Source of the DNA: Mobula birostris
Lineage: Eukaryota
Assembly: GCF_030028105.1 (NCBI RefSeq)
Contig: NC_092374.1
Location: 56,305,016-56,369,015, forward strand
DNA: 64,000 nt
Reading direction: 5' to 3'
Of the stretch, positions 12,770-25,633 are shown one piece after another (position 1 is the stretch's first letter; every line of letters begins with the position of its first letter). The notes under the pieces are model-generated. The model searched no databases, was not told the origin of the DNA, and saw nothing but the letters and a program-made list of their open reading frames with translations. The translations under genes and the position numbers were made by a program.

Positions 12770-12958
12770 GAAGGTCAAATTACAGTGGCCCATTAACACA
12801 ATAGCCCTTGCTCTCTGGAGCTATGGGAAGAAACTGGAGCACCTGGGGTAAACCCACATGGTCACAGGGAAAACCTGCAGATTCTGAGCAGAATAGCAGC
12901 TAAAGTCAGGACTGACCTGTGAGATGGTGACTCTATCAGCTGTATCACTGTGCCACCC
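12770..12958 (-). mobile_element. Decayed tRNA-derived SINE
   Basis: gaagaaactggagcacctggggtaaacccacatggtcacaggg core. Confidence 0.65.
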
Positions 12959-13571
12959 TGATCTTAAGCAGTATTGGTCAACGTACCCAGAGGGGATGGC
13001 CAGTTGCCTATCTAGTGGAAAAGTTACTGCCATAAAGAAGGATTCACAAGTTTCCTTCCTCTGTTGCATATAGATACTTTGATTTCTGTTGCCAAAATCA
13101 GCTTTTGCTATCTTTCACAGAACAAATTCTATGATTCATGTTGATAAGCAGTTACTGATGTGAAAGATGTTCAGCATGAGTGAACAGCAATAGCATTAAA
13201 GAAAAAAGGCTGCTTTCCCTCATTCTTGCAACAGCCTGAGTTATTTCTATCTATGTGTCATTCGCTTTCTATTTGGATACCTGTGACTTCAGCTATCAAT
13301 TGCATTCATCAGCAGATGCTTGGCAGAGAAGTTCATAGGAATTCCAAACTGATTCTAGCAAGGGTTGCAAATGCTGCTTTTGGAAACAGTTAGGCAATGC
13401 AATCTGGTAGTTCTTGAAAACTAGGTTTCAGTATGGGAAGAGAGGCAATGCTCATGAGTCTTAATTGCAATATCAAATCTCAAGCCACAACCCTTTACAC
13501 AGTGATATACTGAACAGAAGAACTAAACCAACTCCTTTCATGCAGGCTAGCAATCTGATACTTGCAGTGAC

Positions 13572-15890
13572 ATAATAGAACATAGAACAGTACAGCACAG
13601 CACAGGAACAGGCCCTTCAGCCAACAATGCTGTGCCAAACCAATGAAGTTAGTAATCTATTTGGGCTACACAATGTTCATATACCTCCAATTTCCTCACA
13701 TTCATGTGCCTAGCTAAATGTCTCTTAAAAGTCACTAATGTATCTGTCTCTTCCAATACCTGAGGCAATGCATTCCAATCACCCACCACTCTTGGTATAA
13801 AAAGTTGTCCCTCACATCTCCTTGAAAATGACCTCTTTTCACCTTAAATGCATGCCCTCTGGTATTAGATATTTTAACCCTGGTCACTCCCGAGAAAACA
13901 ACATGAGACTCTATAGCATGTCTCTAATCCAGGGTGCATCCTGGCAAACCTCTTCTGCACCCTTTCCCAAGCCTGGACATCCTTCCTACAATGAGGCACC
14001 AGACTGTATACAATACTCCAGATGCTGCCTAACTACAGTCTTAGAAAGCTGCAACATAACTTTCTGACTTTGGAACTCATTGCCTCTACTAATAAAGGCA
14101 AGCATGCCATGGCCTTTCCTAACCATGCTATCAACCTGCATAGCCACTTTCGGGGAGCTGTGAAGTTCAATTCCACGATCCCGCTGTTCATCGATACTGT
14201 TAGGGGCCTTTCCCTTAACAGTGTACTGTCTCTTTACATGTGACCTACTGAGACGCAACACCTCACATTTGGCCAGGTTAAACTCCATTTGACATTTCAC
14301 CACCCATATCTGTAACTGGTCCATATTCCAATGCATTCTTGGAAAACTTACTAACTAACCATCTACATTTACATCCAGGTCATTTATCTCTGGTTCCCTT
14401 CTCGAATAATGGAACATTAGTTACTTCCCAGTCCTCCCGGAGCTCACCTGTGGCTAGAGAGGACATGAAGATATTGGTCAAGGCCCCAGTAATCTCTTCA
14501 CTTGTCTCTCTCAATAACCTGGAGTATATCCCATTAGGTCCAAGGGACTTAACCTTCTTAATACTCTTTAAGAGACCCCAAGACTTCCTTGTCCTTTATT
14601 TCAAAATACCCTTGCATATTAATACTGTCGGCACTGATTACCCTATCTTGGACATCCTTTTCTTTGGTAAATGTTGATGTAAGGTATTAATTAAGGAACT
14701 CACCCACATCCTTCACATCCAAGCAAATGTCACAACCATGGATTCAGCAGCGCTGCAGATTTGGCAAATGCATTCATGAATATGTACCTGTCAGTGAATT
14801 ATTATTTTATCGTGATATTATTTAACTCCATTCATTCCGTCGTAGTATTTGTTGAGACTTAGACACAACAACGCTTTGCTGCTTGCTTGCATTCTGCCTT
14901 GCCTGAAAAATTTGACTGTCGATACACCTGAATCTGAAGACTAGCAGTACTCATTTTATTTTTAGTCGTTCTTTTCACCCACAGTGTAGGCTTCATTTTC
15001 CATTTGAGAGTTTTAGTTAACGGCCCTGTTTGGCTTAGTGTTTATTGTTTTCTTTTCCCTTTAACACCGTTTGCATTAAAGTCTGTGGACTATCGACCTG
15101 CTTCAGTGTCTCTCACTCCGCACTTGGGCCATATCCGAACCGGGTGACAGCAAGTGTGCTCTCCTTTATCCTTGAGTGGTACCACCCTTTCCCTAGTTCC
15201 TGATGTACGTATAGTGTCTTAGGATTTTCTTTCATCCTACTTGCCAAAGATTTTTCATGGCCCCTCCTGGATTTCCTAATTCCTTTTTTGAGTCCTTTTC
15301 TGGCTTCTTTATAATCCTCAAGGACTCTGTTTGATTCAAGCTTCCTAAGGTTTACACGCTTTTCCTTTTCCTTTTCCTTCTTGAATAAATTCATCACCTC
15401 CCTCGACATCCAAGATTCTCTGACCTTGCTATTCTTGTCTTTCCTTCTGACTGGAACATACCTGTCTTGTACTCTGTGTAGTTGGTCTTTAAACACCCTC
15501 CACATGTTGAATGTGGACTTGCTCAAAACCAGCTGTTCCCAATTAACTCTCCTTAGTTCCTACCTAATGCTCTCGTACTTTGCCCTGTTCCAATTTAATA
15601 CTCTCCCGCAAGGTCCATACCTATCCTTATCTATAGCTATTTTAAATCTTAAAGAGCTGTGGTTACTGTTCCCTGACTGCTCACCCACTGAAAGTCTGAT
15701 CACCTGGCCATGTTCACAACAGATACAGTACAGTCCCTTGTTTGACTATCTAAGTATTGATTTAAGAGAAACTCCTGACTGCACCTAACAAGTTTTGTTT
15801 CATCTAATCCACTTACTCGAAGAAGATCCCACTTCTATACTAGTGAAGTTAAAGTCCCCTATGACAACAAAACTATTACTTTTATACCTT
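13572..15890 (-). mobile_element. Decayed, internally deleted CR1 (contains the solo LTR)
   Basis: ORF2 fragments QMEFNLAKCEVL, RQHLEYCIQ and RMKENPK; tail at 13572-13590. Confidence 0.85.
14728..15149 (+). mobile_element. Solo LTR (422 bp) inserted in a CR1
   Basis: TGTCAC...GTGACA termini, 5-bp TSD gcaaa/gcaag, ATTAAA near 15075; CR1 sequence resumes on both sides. Confidence 0.8.
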
Positions 15891-16799
15891 TCCTTAATTT
15901 AATACCTTTCCCCAAGGCCTAAGAGTAACATTCATAGGCATCAAGTTGACGATACAATATCTGGCAACAACATTGACTTGCATTAATATAGATCCTTCAA
16001 TATAACAAATACATCTAAATGCTCTCCATGAGGATTTTACTAAAAATGCAATGTTGAGTCATGGCTAGAGACAGAATAAATGGCTAGAAGCTTGGTCATT
16101 CTAGAAGGAGAGAAGGAAATATCATTTGTCACATGCAACAGTGCTGAAAGAAATGAAGTTCAGAGGAGTTCAAGTCCTGAATCCAAAGAACTCAAAGATC
16201 ACGGAAGATAGTGGCACTGGAGGATATGAGAGATTCAGGGACAGATGAGTTCCACTGTACGGACAATATAGATGAAATATAATTTCCTTCATCTGGAATG
16301 CCCTCGGGATCTTACACAATTCATCTACTTCCACATCCAGTGCCTTAGGCCAAGCCAGCAGTTGAGTTGATCCAGCACACTGAAGGCAAAACAAGACACC
16401 TTAATGTTTTTGCACCAATTCTGTGTCATTTTGAAAAGCATTTCTAAACAAAAGCATATCAGCTTGATGAGATTTTCCACCCCTTTTTCCAATGAAAAAA
16501 AATTTAAACCTTCATGCGTCTATTTGCATTTTTAGAATAATGCATGCTAGACTGACGCATGTTTCAAAATAGGATATAATAAATGATTCTATTAACATAG
16601 CTTTATTAAATGTGTTAATTATCTGTACAGCAAGAGTAACCTGTTTTCTCAGCAGACTGATATGAGGCCAAATGAATGCAGCTCTGTAGAATTCTATGCA
16701 TCTGTAATTAATTGCCATTGCAAAAAACTGCCATAAACATGAAACACAGTTTCTTATTGGATAAAGTTGGATCAGGTCCTCAAAGGGCAACAAGATAAC

Positions 16800-18350
16800 A
16801 AACCATTATTGTTCTGTTTGCAAGAACTGAAACGAAGCTCAACATCATGTGTTTGAGTTCGTAACTGTTCAAAGTTTTTAACATGGGGATATTAAATGGT
16901 GATTCCATATTCTCTCAGAAAATAAACTGCAGATGAGCCACATGCCAAAGCTACTGGAATCATCAATATGAAGGCTATGGCCAAGACTTTATGTGTTGCC
17001 TGAACAATGGAGGAAGTTGTGTACATAAGTACCATCTGTCAGAAACATAGAATAATACTACCTAGGACACCCACTAGACCAGGAAAGTGACTGATTTGCA
17101 ATAAGTTCATATCAAAAGTGGAACAAACATTTCCTTGTTCTTATTGAAATACATTCAAAATGGGTTGAAGTCATACATGGAATTAATTATATCACAATAA
17201 GACATTGCATTGAAGAGAAGAGATGTAGTTTTGCTATGCATGGAATTTGACAATGGGCCACAGTTTACTTCATATTTATTTTTGATTTGTAACAGTGTCA
17301 AACATCTAACTTTCTTTTGTATCAGCTTGCTTCCAATAAAGCAGTCAAGAGATCAGTACAAATTTTAAGTTTTGAAGAAACAAGTGCTCCATTGTTATTC
17401 TAGCTATATGATGTATCAGTAATTGGCAAAATACCATCTGACTCCATATTCTACCACAAGTTTTTTCTCAAACAGAGGTGCTAATCCGTTGTTACTTTAG
17501 TATGTAATTGAACATGAAAGGTACAATAAAGATTCATAGACTCATACAGCATGGAAATGGGCCTTTCAGTCCAACTGGTCCATGCTGTCTGAGACTCCTA
17601 CCTAAGCTCAGTAGGCAACACCTTCATAAACCTCCACTGCACTCTTCACAGTTCTGTGAGGGAAAGAGAGTGGGAGCGATTGAAACAGAAGTCAATGCTT
17701 GAAGGAAAAGCTGTTGCAACTAAGTGACAGACAGTGATGGAGTCATCAAACCTGCATCTACCAGGACATTCAGTGAATAGACTTCAGTGAAGTAGTCCAA
17801 GTCTACAGTCCATAATGATCATTGATTCATATTTGAAGTCATGTTGTACGACAATTGACCACAGGAAGAAACATTTATGAAGACATCAAAGTTATGCGGT
17901 ATATAATGATGAATCTATTCCTGACATTAATACAGTCAACTGTTGTTCTAGAACTACAGAATAATAGTTAGTCAAGCAAATAGGCACCTTGTTTCCGGAG
18001 TTCCAGGAAAGAGTACAATATCAGAAACAAGAATACTGTTGAGGAAGTCAAACTAACTAAAGAAGTCAATCAACGGACTGAATTTTTATTGTCTGTGTTT
18101 GACAATGAAAAGTCATTGCACACGGAGAGAAAGTGATATTGTGTACTTGTACTTACCTTTGCAAATAAGTTGTGATTAAGGGAAGAGTGAGGTTATTACA
18201 TGTCTGCATATATATCTGATGTAAATAAGCACAATGTGCAGTGAGTTCCTTGTTGTTGAAGTAAAATAAGCTTCTTGTGTCCTATAACTGTTCAATGTAT
18301 CTTAGCAGAGCTCACACAGTACTCAAGGACAATCTAAGGATACATTACAA
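16800..18350 (+). mobile_element. Highly decayed Ty3/Gypsy LTR retrotransposon (integrase remnant, putative PPT and 3' LTR)
   Basis: TGIINMKAMAKT (16953-16988), FLVLIEIHSKWVEV (17131-17172) and DNGPQFT (17249-17269). A purine tract at about 18178-18192 is followed by an LTR-like stretch ending attaca. Confidence 0.7.
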
Positions 18351-20344
18351 TGTAGTAGAGAGAGAAATGGCTCTAGAGAGATGGTAGACTGTAGCTCAGG
18401 TTTTTAACCATGTATCATATGTTTTCTAAGAGTCTGAATAGTGGCTAATAATAATTGCTTCCTGTGATCAATACCTTACAGTGCACAAAGCTCATGCATT
18501 TCTATCTGCATAACTGTCACATGATGACAGTGTTTTTGTGCAAGCATCACGAGTGATCCACGGTGCATTTGATCCCGTTTCTGCTATTCAGATCAGCAAC
18601 GTGCACTACATACATGAAAGCACTATTAGACCCAAGGATGCCATCCAATTTATGCACCCTGCTTTTTGGGGTCATCGGTTACACTGGACATCAAATAGGT
18701 CGACTAAACTGGAACAATGGAACAGATTATTCAACTCAAGCCTTACTTACTTTGAGGACCCATGACAGCTCTCATCCTCTCTGTCCATATTCTCCACCAC
18801 AAACTTCAGATCATCATAGGAAAAGGAAGGTGTCCACCTTCAAGTTGAGTCACCACTCCTGCAAGCTGTTAACAAGGATTCAGAGGGTTTCATTGACCTC
18901 CAGGAAGGACTTTGTATAGTTCAGGTCTCTTTACAGAGATGTAGGCAATTCCTGAAAGTATGTGCAGTGAATGTGTGCAACCATCATAAAGATTGTTAAT
19001 AGCATTTGCTTATACAGCAAAGAAATGAGGCAATGCTAAACTTTCCACAACAATACCAGGGCAAACTAGGCCAGATTCATTCCATTGGTTCCATGTTGAC
19101 TAATGCTTCCATGGAAGATTGATTATACGGTATCTTTCTTGCAGTTTACGTGAATCTGGTGAGCACACATAATGTGAATTGGAAGTAATTATATACTTTA
19201 AGCTCTATATGTTTTTTCAAACACTGCATAGTGTCATACAGAAGAAAAATATGTCCTTTGGCCCATTATATCCACGCCAATCATCACGCAAGAATTTTGT
19301 GAAAATCAAAGGAAAATGATTTAAATTATGGCAAGACACAAGAAAGTCCTATTTACATATGTGCAATTTTGGGTTTGTATAAGTGAATGATTAATTAAGC
19401 GCCGGGTAAACAATTCATCCTTTTTTCCCAGATTTGGTGCCCTTTCCCACCACTAATTTAATCTAAATGACATCAACAGGTCAGTAGCAGAGTAAAGCTT
19501 CCTACACATTACCACAGTAAACAATCTTAATTCCAGTCTCTCAGTATTAATGATTTTTCATCCTTTTTTTGACAACCTACTCCACAAGTTAAACAGAATT
19601 CAGTTCTGTAATGCATACTCTCACCACCTGAAATGACTCAAAAGATAAACTCAAGGGATGTGTGCAATGTGAACATTCAATAAGGTCACTTTAAAAACAA
19701 GATTTGAAGTGGGCATGCTAAAGGCAGAATATGTGTCTCCTTGATTTCCATACTGAGTTTAATTGTGCCTTTTATACAGGGATAGGACAATTGTAATTTG
19801 AGGTTTAAGCTGGATAGATTAATTAACCCATTCATCATTTGCAACATCTGAAGGCAATGCTAACACATCATGATCTTTATCCTCCCAGAATGCCATTCAT
19901 TCTGCCCGACATACTCTTATTAGGCTTAATTGCAAATATACTGATTATATTATTTTTTTAAAATTAGATCATTGGGCTGATTGCAAATTCATCTGAGACA
20001 TATTTAGTCACATTTAACCTTTCACCAAGAGGCAAATTGAAAAAAAGTTCTCATATGCTGACTCTATACGTCACTATTGAAAATACTGCCCACATAATCT
20101 GTTTTCTGTTCATGACGCGTCCCCCACTAGCTCAGGATGTGCTCCTTATACACTACAATTGCAGCAGCAGATCTGGGTTGCAGGTCAAGGTTGCAAATCC
20201 ACTCCTTGATTTCAGATTAGGTATTGTGCTGCACCGTTGCTAAAGACCATTTTAGGACAAGATTGCATGGTGTGAGACATTAAGTAACAAGAATTGTGGC
20301 CACCTCTTATTTATCACCTGTGTGACAAGACCCTATATTTCCCT

Positions 20345-20810
20345 GTGAATGCAGAACAACGTGTATCAGAAATGCACGGTGGATCCACATCAAGGAGCAC
20401 AGGAGGTGTATCCATTTGCGTTATCCGGAGATCATCAATAGCAGAACATTGCATTTGCAATGGCCATAGGATTGACTTCGACAGCACAAAACTACAGTGC
20501 CGTGCAAATGACTTTTGGGTCCACCTGGTGAAGGAAGCCATTGAAATATAACTAGAGGAAAAGAATTGTAACAAAGCCGAAGGTCTCATTCTAAGTAAGA
20601 TCTAGATTTTGATTGTAAACAAGGTGGGACAGCAGAAAATCTGATTGGATGAGAACTAACCAATCAGGAGGGATGGATGATGGGGGTATTAATGCCACCA
20701 GACTAGGTATGCCCAGGCATTATCCCTGATTAAGATGGCAGAGTTTGTCACTGAAGCATTGGTTAAAATCGATTCCTGTACCCGACTGGAAGCCCAAGAA
20801 GAGTTTGTTC
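20345..20810 (+). mobile_element. Second Penelope-like family (Poseidon-type) 3' end
   Basis: SSIAEHCICNGHRIDFDSTKL...HLVKEAIEI resembles a PLE GIY-YIG C-terminus; degenerate hammerhead-like motif at about 20722-20765. Confidence 0.75.
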
Positions 20811-23795
20811 ATCTCTCATCTGGTTCCTTCTCTCATTGGGAACATTTTCTCCTTAAATGTTCTACAAAAACCTCTCACGGTTTTGAAATTTTCTTTTTAA
20901 TTTTCCTTCCCTGCTCTGTAGAAAGCTGCTACCTAACATTCATAAACCATCTGATATAATCCAGAACCAACTTGTGGTAAAGAGAAATAGGGGGTTGTGC
21001 TTTCCTGCTTAAAGAATGCTGCAGCTTTCCTTTAAAAGTATACAGCATTTTAATGATAAATTACAGTTTAATCCTAAAGCTGCCTCATGCTTAAATAAAG
21101 ACTCTTTATTGAGAAATGTCGGCGTTTACACTCTGAGGGCATAAACTCGAGCTGCAGCTCATAATGTGCTGCCAATGACATGATTATTTCCACCAAGTTT
21201 GTCTACTTAACTGTGACCGTAAAGCAGAGCAAATAGATTTATTATTTGAGTTGATACATTGTATTGTACCTGCTCCTGCCTTTTCTTTTGCCATGGACTG
21301 TACAGCTGGACACATGACACATTTATGGAAAGGGAAACGACATGTCATTTTACTTGAGTTAAAGTGGAGGGGGGGATAGAAGTTCGCTGTAAGCGTTACA
21401 ACCCATTCATTATTCCATATACCACATCAGCTTGCTACCATTTGTTAGTTTATAAGCTACTGCCAAGTTACTGGGCTTGCAATCAAGACGATGAATTAAT
21501 GACCCACGGAACATGAGTCCAAATCACATCATGGTAACAGGGCAATTTAAATTCAGTTAAATAAATAATGCAGATTAGCTACTATCTGTAGTATATGTAA
21601 ATACAGTATGTTGTGTCACTACATGATGTATTTGACCATATGTGAGTGTTCAGTTAAAAAAAACTAACATGTTTAAAGCTCTTTGCATTTCGCATATATT
21701 ATATTGCACGATCTAAATGTTGCTTCACTAAAGATTGAGATTTATGGGGATTCACATTCCACTGGCAACGTGGATAAGATGGCAAATAAATGAAAATGCC
21801 TGAGATTATTAAGTCACTGAAAACATCATGCAGCTGTATACTTAAGATGGTAGGGTGATTAATCACAGTGCAGGCCTTAAAGTTCTTGTTTGGATTCAAG
21901 CACGAGAGAAATATAAAGTAGCTGGTGCTGATCATCAAATATAAACCTTGTTGCTTCTAAAGTGGGGAATGAGCAAGATGGCAGTTCACATCCTGTTTGG
22001 CCATACTTGGATCTTCAGACAGTTGGGAGGGAGACAGATGGGATAAAGTCCATGAGATCTTCAGCTTTTATGTAGAATGGGTAGGGATGTTCATCAGGAA
22101 AGAAAACTTTGAAATTGAGGATACAGGTGAAAATGTGCCTCTTCAAGGTAAAGCCATCCAGGAACTTAAGAAAGTAACATTGCTGCGAGAGTCTGGAAAT
22201 GTTAACTCTTTCCCTTCCCATAAATGCAGCCTGACCTGCTCAGTATTTCCAGCATTTTTTTTGTTTTATTTCACATTCCAGTTGCTTTGTGACATGACAT
22301 CATCACTCAAAATATTTCAAGCTACCATAATTGAAGGAAGTCCGAAATTGTCCTTACAACCAAGCCAACTTTTTGATCATAGCTGTAAAAGAAAGAGGAA
22401 ATTCTCCAAATATCAGAGTGAGCTTCAGGAGCACAACAGTAAGCTCCTGAAGAGCAAGTCCACCTTTATGTAAAAAGAACTAGGCTCTATGCTAACTGCT
22501 ATGGAGCGGTAAAGTAGCTTAGTGGTTAGTACAATGCCTTACAGTACCAGTGACCTGGGTTCAATCCCCCTGCGGTCTGTGGTGTTGGATAAGCATTGGA
22601 AGCCTTTGGATCAACAATACTGAAAGGGAAACAAAAAGGAAGGACATTAAAAATCATTTCCAGGATCAAAACATTCAAATAGTCCTTGTTGATGGACCAG
22701 TCACATTCTGTTGACCACAGACCCTAAGCCAATGCTGATCACTTTTGGAACTAGTCTGCATCTCCCATAATGGGAGACTCAAGAAAGCAGAAGTGGTGTA
22801 TGCCCCCGTCCCTTAATGTTTATCACATTGAAATTTGACCATCAAAGCTGCAATGGTACAATACTCCTTGGTTCATTTTGAGTTGCTGTCCATCATCACA
22901 AAGAAATTATCCGTACCTTTGTCACAGTAATCGATGTGGACACATTGGAATAGCCATGTGTTGTCTCTTCCATTGTTTGAAGCAGTGTTCTCAATGACCC
23001 GAAGTTTGGCAGACTGCGCATTTCCAGCATTTTCTGTTCTTATTTTAGGATACCAGAGTGAATGTACTGTGAAATTTGCCTTACAAAGACACTGATACTG
23101 ATCTAAAGTATGTAATACTCTTTCTTCAGGCTGGAGGGAATAATGTTTTTGTAGCAGTTTTGAGATGACAAAGTCGATGCAGAAACATCCATTATTAAAG
23201 CAAATTTATGAGCGCATTTTGTCTATTTATTTTTGTTTTTGAAATTATAAAGCCTTTCAAACATAGATGTCATAAGCTGCTCATAAATCAAGGTTGCATC
23301 CTGTAGGACCACAGAGAAGTTGTACCAAAAGAACTGTGAAGTGGAATATCAGACTATTTGCACTTTGTTAACATGAAAGTAATAGCTCATTGCTTCATCT
23401 ATTTGCTTTGCGTGGACAAACATCACAAATGCACAGACTGTCAACTCTGAAGAGTTAAACTGCTGTAGGGTTCAAATGGTTCCATTTATTATTATCGGAG
23501 ATTGTGTACAGTTTATAACCTGAAATACTTAGTCTTCATGCAACAACTCTAAAAATACTGTCAAAGAACCAAGATCCATTTCCACAACGTGGTCAGATGT
23601 TGTTTCAGAAAATACTCTGCTGTTTTGATCAATTGAAAAAGAAATTTCAATTTCCTTATCATCCAAATTCAAATAATGAAGCTGAGGGATCAGTATGTGC
23701 AGTGACAAAGGCAACAAAGAAACAAGTTATTCAGGACTGATCAGATCTCACCATGAAGAATTGACTAAGATGAACTATAAATCAATATTTGTTTC

Positions 23796-24052
23796 TGGGG
23801 TGTATTTAATATTTCAATAATACTTGTGTAATCTTGTATGTGTGTGTATATATATCTTGATTAACCATTCTTGATCACTTAATAATTAATTACGAGTTAT
23901 ATGTAAAAATATGCTAAATGCCTATGTCATCATGCTACCACATGATACATATGCATATCACTAAAAAGTAAATTCAAAGTTAGACCTGCATTCCTAGACT
24001 CCTGAGTCTTTCTTTGAATTAGTTTAACATTTAAAAGTGACAAAACATAACA
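23796..24052 (+). mobile_element. Solo LTR (257 bp)
   Basis: TG...AACA termini and perfect 5-bp TSD gtttc (23791-23795, 24053-24057). Its 3' end is homologous to 60568-60625 on the minus strand. Confidence 0.65.
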
Positions 24053-25633
24053 GTTTCCATGCTAAAATACAAGTGTAGGAATCTCAAGAAACATCTGAGT
24101 CTATTTCAGCCAATTTGGAAGGGAAGGAGATAGAAAAACAACTGAGACAAAACAAACATCATAGCACGTACAAGTAAGCAGTTCAGATTGTATGTTAAAG
24201 CATACGCACCGAGGTTATTGGTGGGCTGTGTTTTGATATACTTCCTCAGATTTGACAATGAGGAAATCTTTATTTTTCTCTCTGGTTGATTCACTATTTA
24301 GAGATAAAGTTATTATTGTAGAATATTATATGTTTATATTACATGTTGGTCTGAACCAAAAAGGGAATAAACTTACATTTGATCATAGATTGGCAGATTG
24401 ATTCTTGGATGGAATGTTTGTCTTTTCAGAAGAGATTAAAGAAGACTGGCTTCACTGGAGCTTCACAGTATGAATGTTGAAAAGTGTTACCTCAGGCTGA
24501 GGAATTTTGAACGTGGGAGTTACACTCTCATGATAAAGAACTGGCCATTTAGGACTGAGATGGGAAGAAATTCCCTCACCTAACATTTGTGAATCTTTCA
24601 AATTCACCTCAGAGGAATATACTTTGGGAAATATAGTTATTGGGTTTAGTCAAGGCTAAGATTTATGGATTTTTAGCCAATTGGAAATCACAGATAAGGG
24701 GTAGGATGAAAAAATGGTTGAGGCACAGAATCAGCCTTAACCATTACTGCATGGTGAAACCAGCTCAAGAGGCTACTTCTGTTCCTATTTCTTTCTTGCT
24801 TTGATTTTGCACACCCAATACTGAGAAAAATTTCCCACTTGATCTGAAGACTTATTGTAATCCATTAACTCCAGCTCTGCATTGCAAATCTTGATGCCAG
24901 TAAGTGCCTCTTGCCTGTTGCATGTAATAAACAACTGCACTCAATGACTGTCGTAGCCTGGACACAGAATGTGAGAAGTATGGCTCAAATCCATCAGTGG
25001 AGCAGCCCACAGAGAGCAATTGTACAATAAAAGTGGAGATATATAGTATTGGTGCCATACTTAAGGGTATCATATTTTTAATAAAAGAACCATAATTTGT
25101 CAGGATTTTAAGAGCATCTGCTGGTTCTTTTGCTTGGGGAGTCTCTTTAAGGATACATTGGATCTTGAAAATCATTATTACGACTGATTTATGGCTTAAT
25201 ATTTATCAACCCTTAAATATGTTTTCTGCTAGTTTATAATGGAAAGGGAGCTGCGGCAAAGAAAGGCTCATTCCTGTAAAACTGCCTAGGTCTGCAGAAA
25301 ATTGTTGATTTTAGAAGATAACTCATACCCATTTTAAACAAAAGAAAATTAAAGCATGCTGTTGAATTTCATATACGGCTAATTTGTACTGCCTGGTTTT
25401 AAAGACATGAGAGAAAAATTAAATTCCATTTGAATCATCTGCCTCAATCCAGTCTAATCTATTTGCAATCTAAGCTATTTGATTAATGTTAGATAACATC
25501 TAAGATTTGTTTGCTCATTTTCTAATGTAGATTTTGAATGTATGCCATAGTCTCCTGCAACTCTCCACTGATTCATTCCTGCAGTAGTGCTAAGCACTCC
25601 CCCCTCTCTAGATTCAGAATGTTTTCCTGCTCT

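Noticed and set aside
21997-22473. 158-aa ORF as a possible host exon
   Set aside because: It runs through a PLE-end remnant (about 22190-22280), has no recognisable domain and no convincing splice pair.
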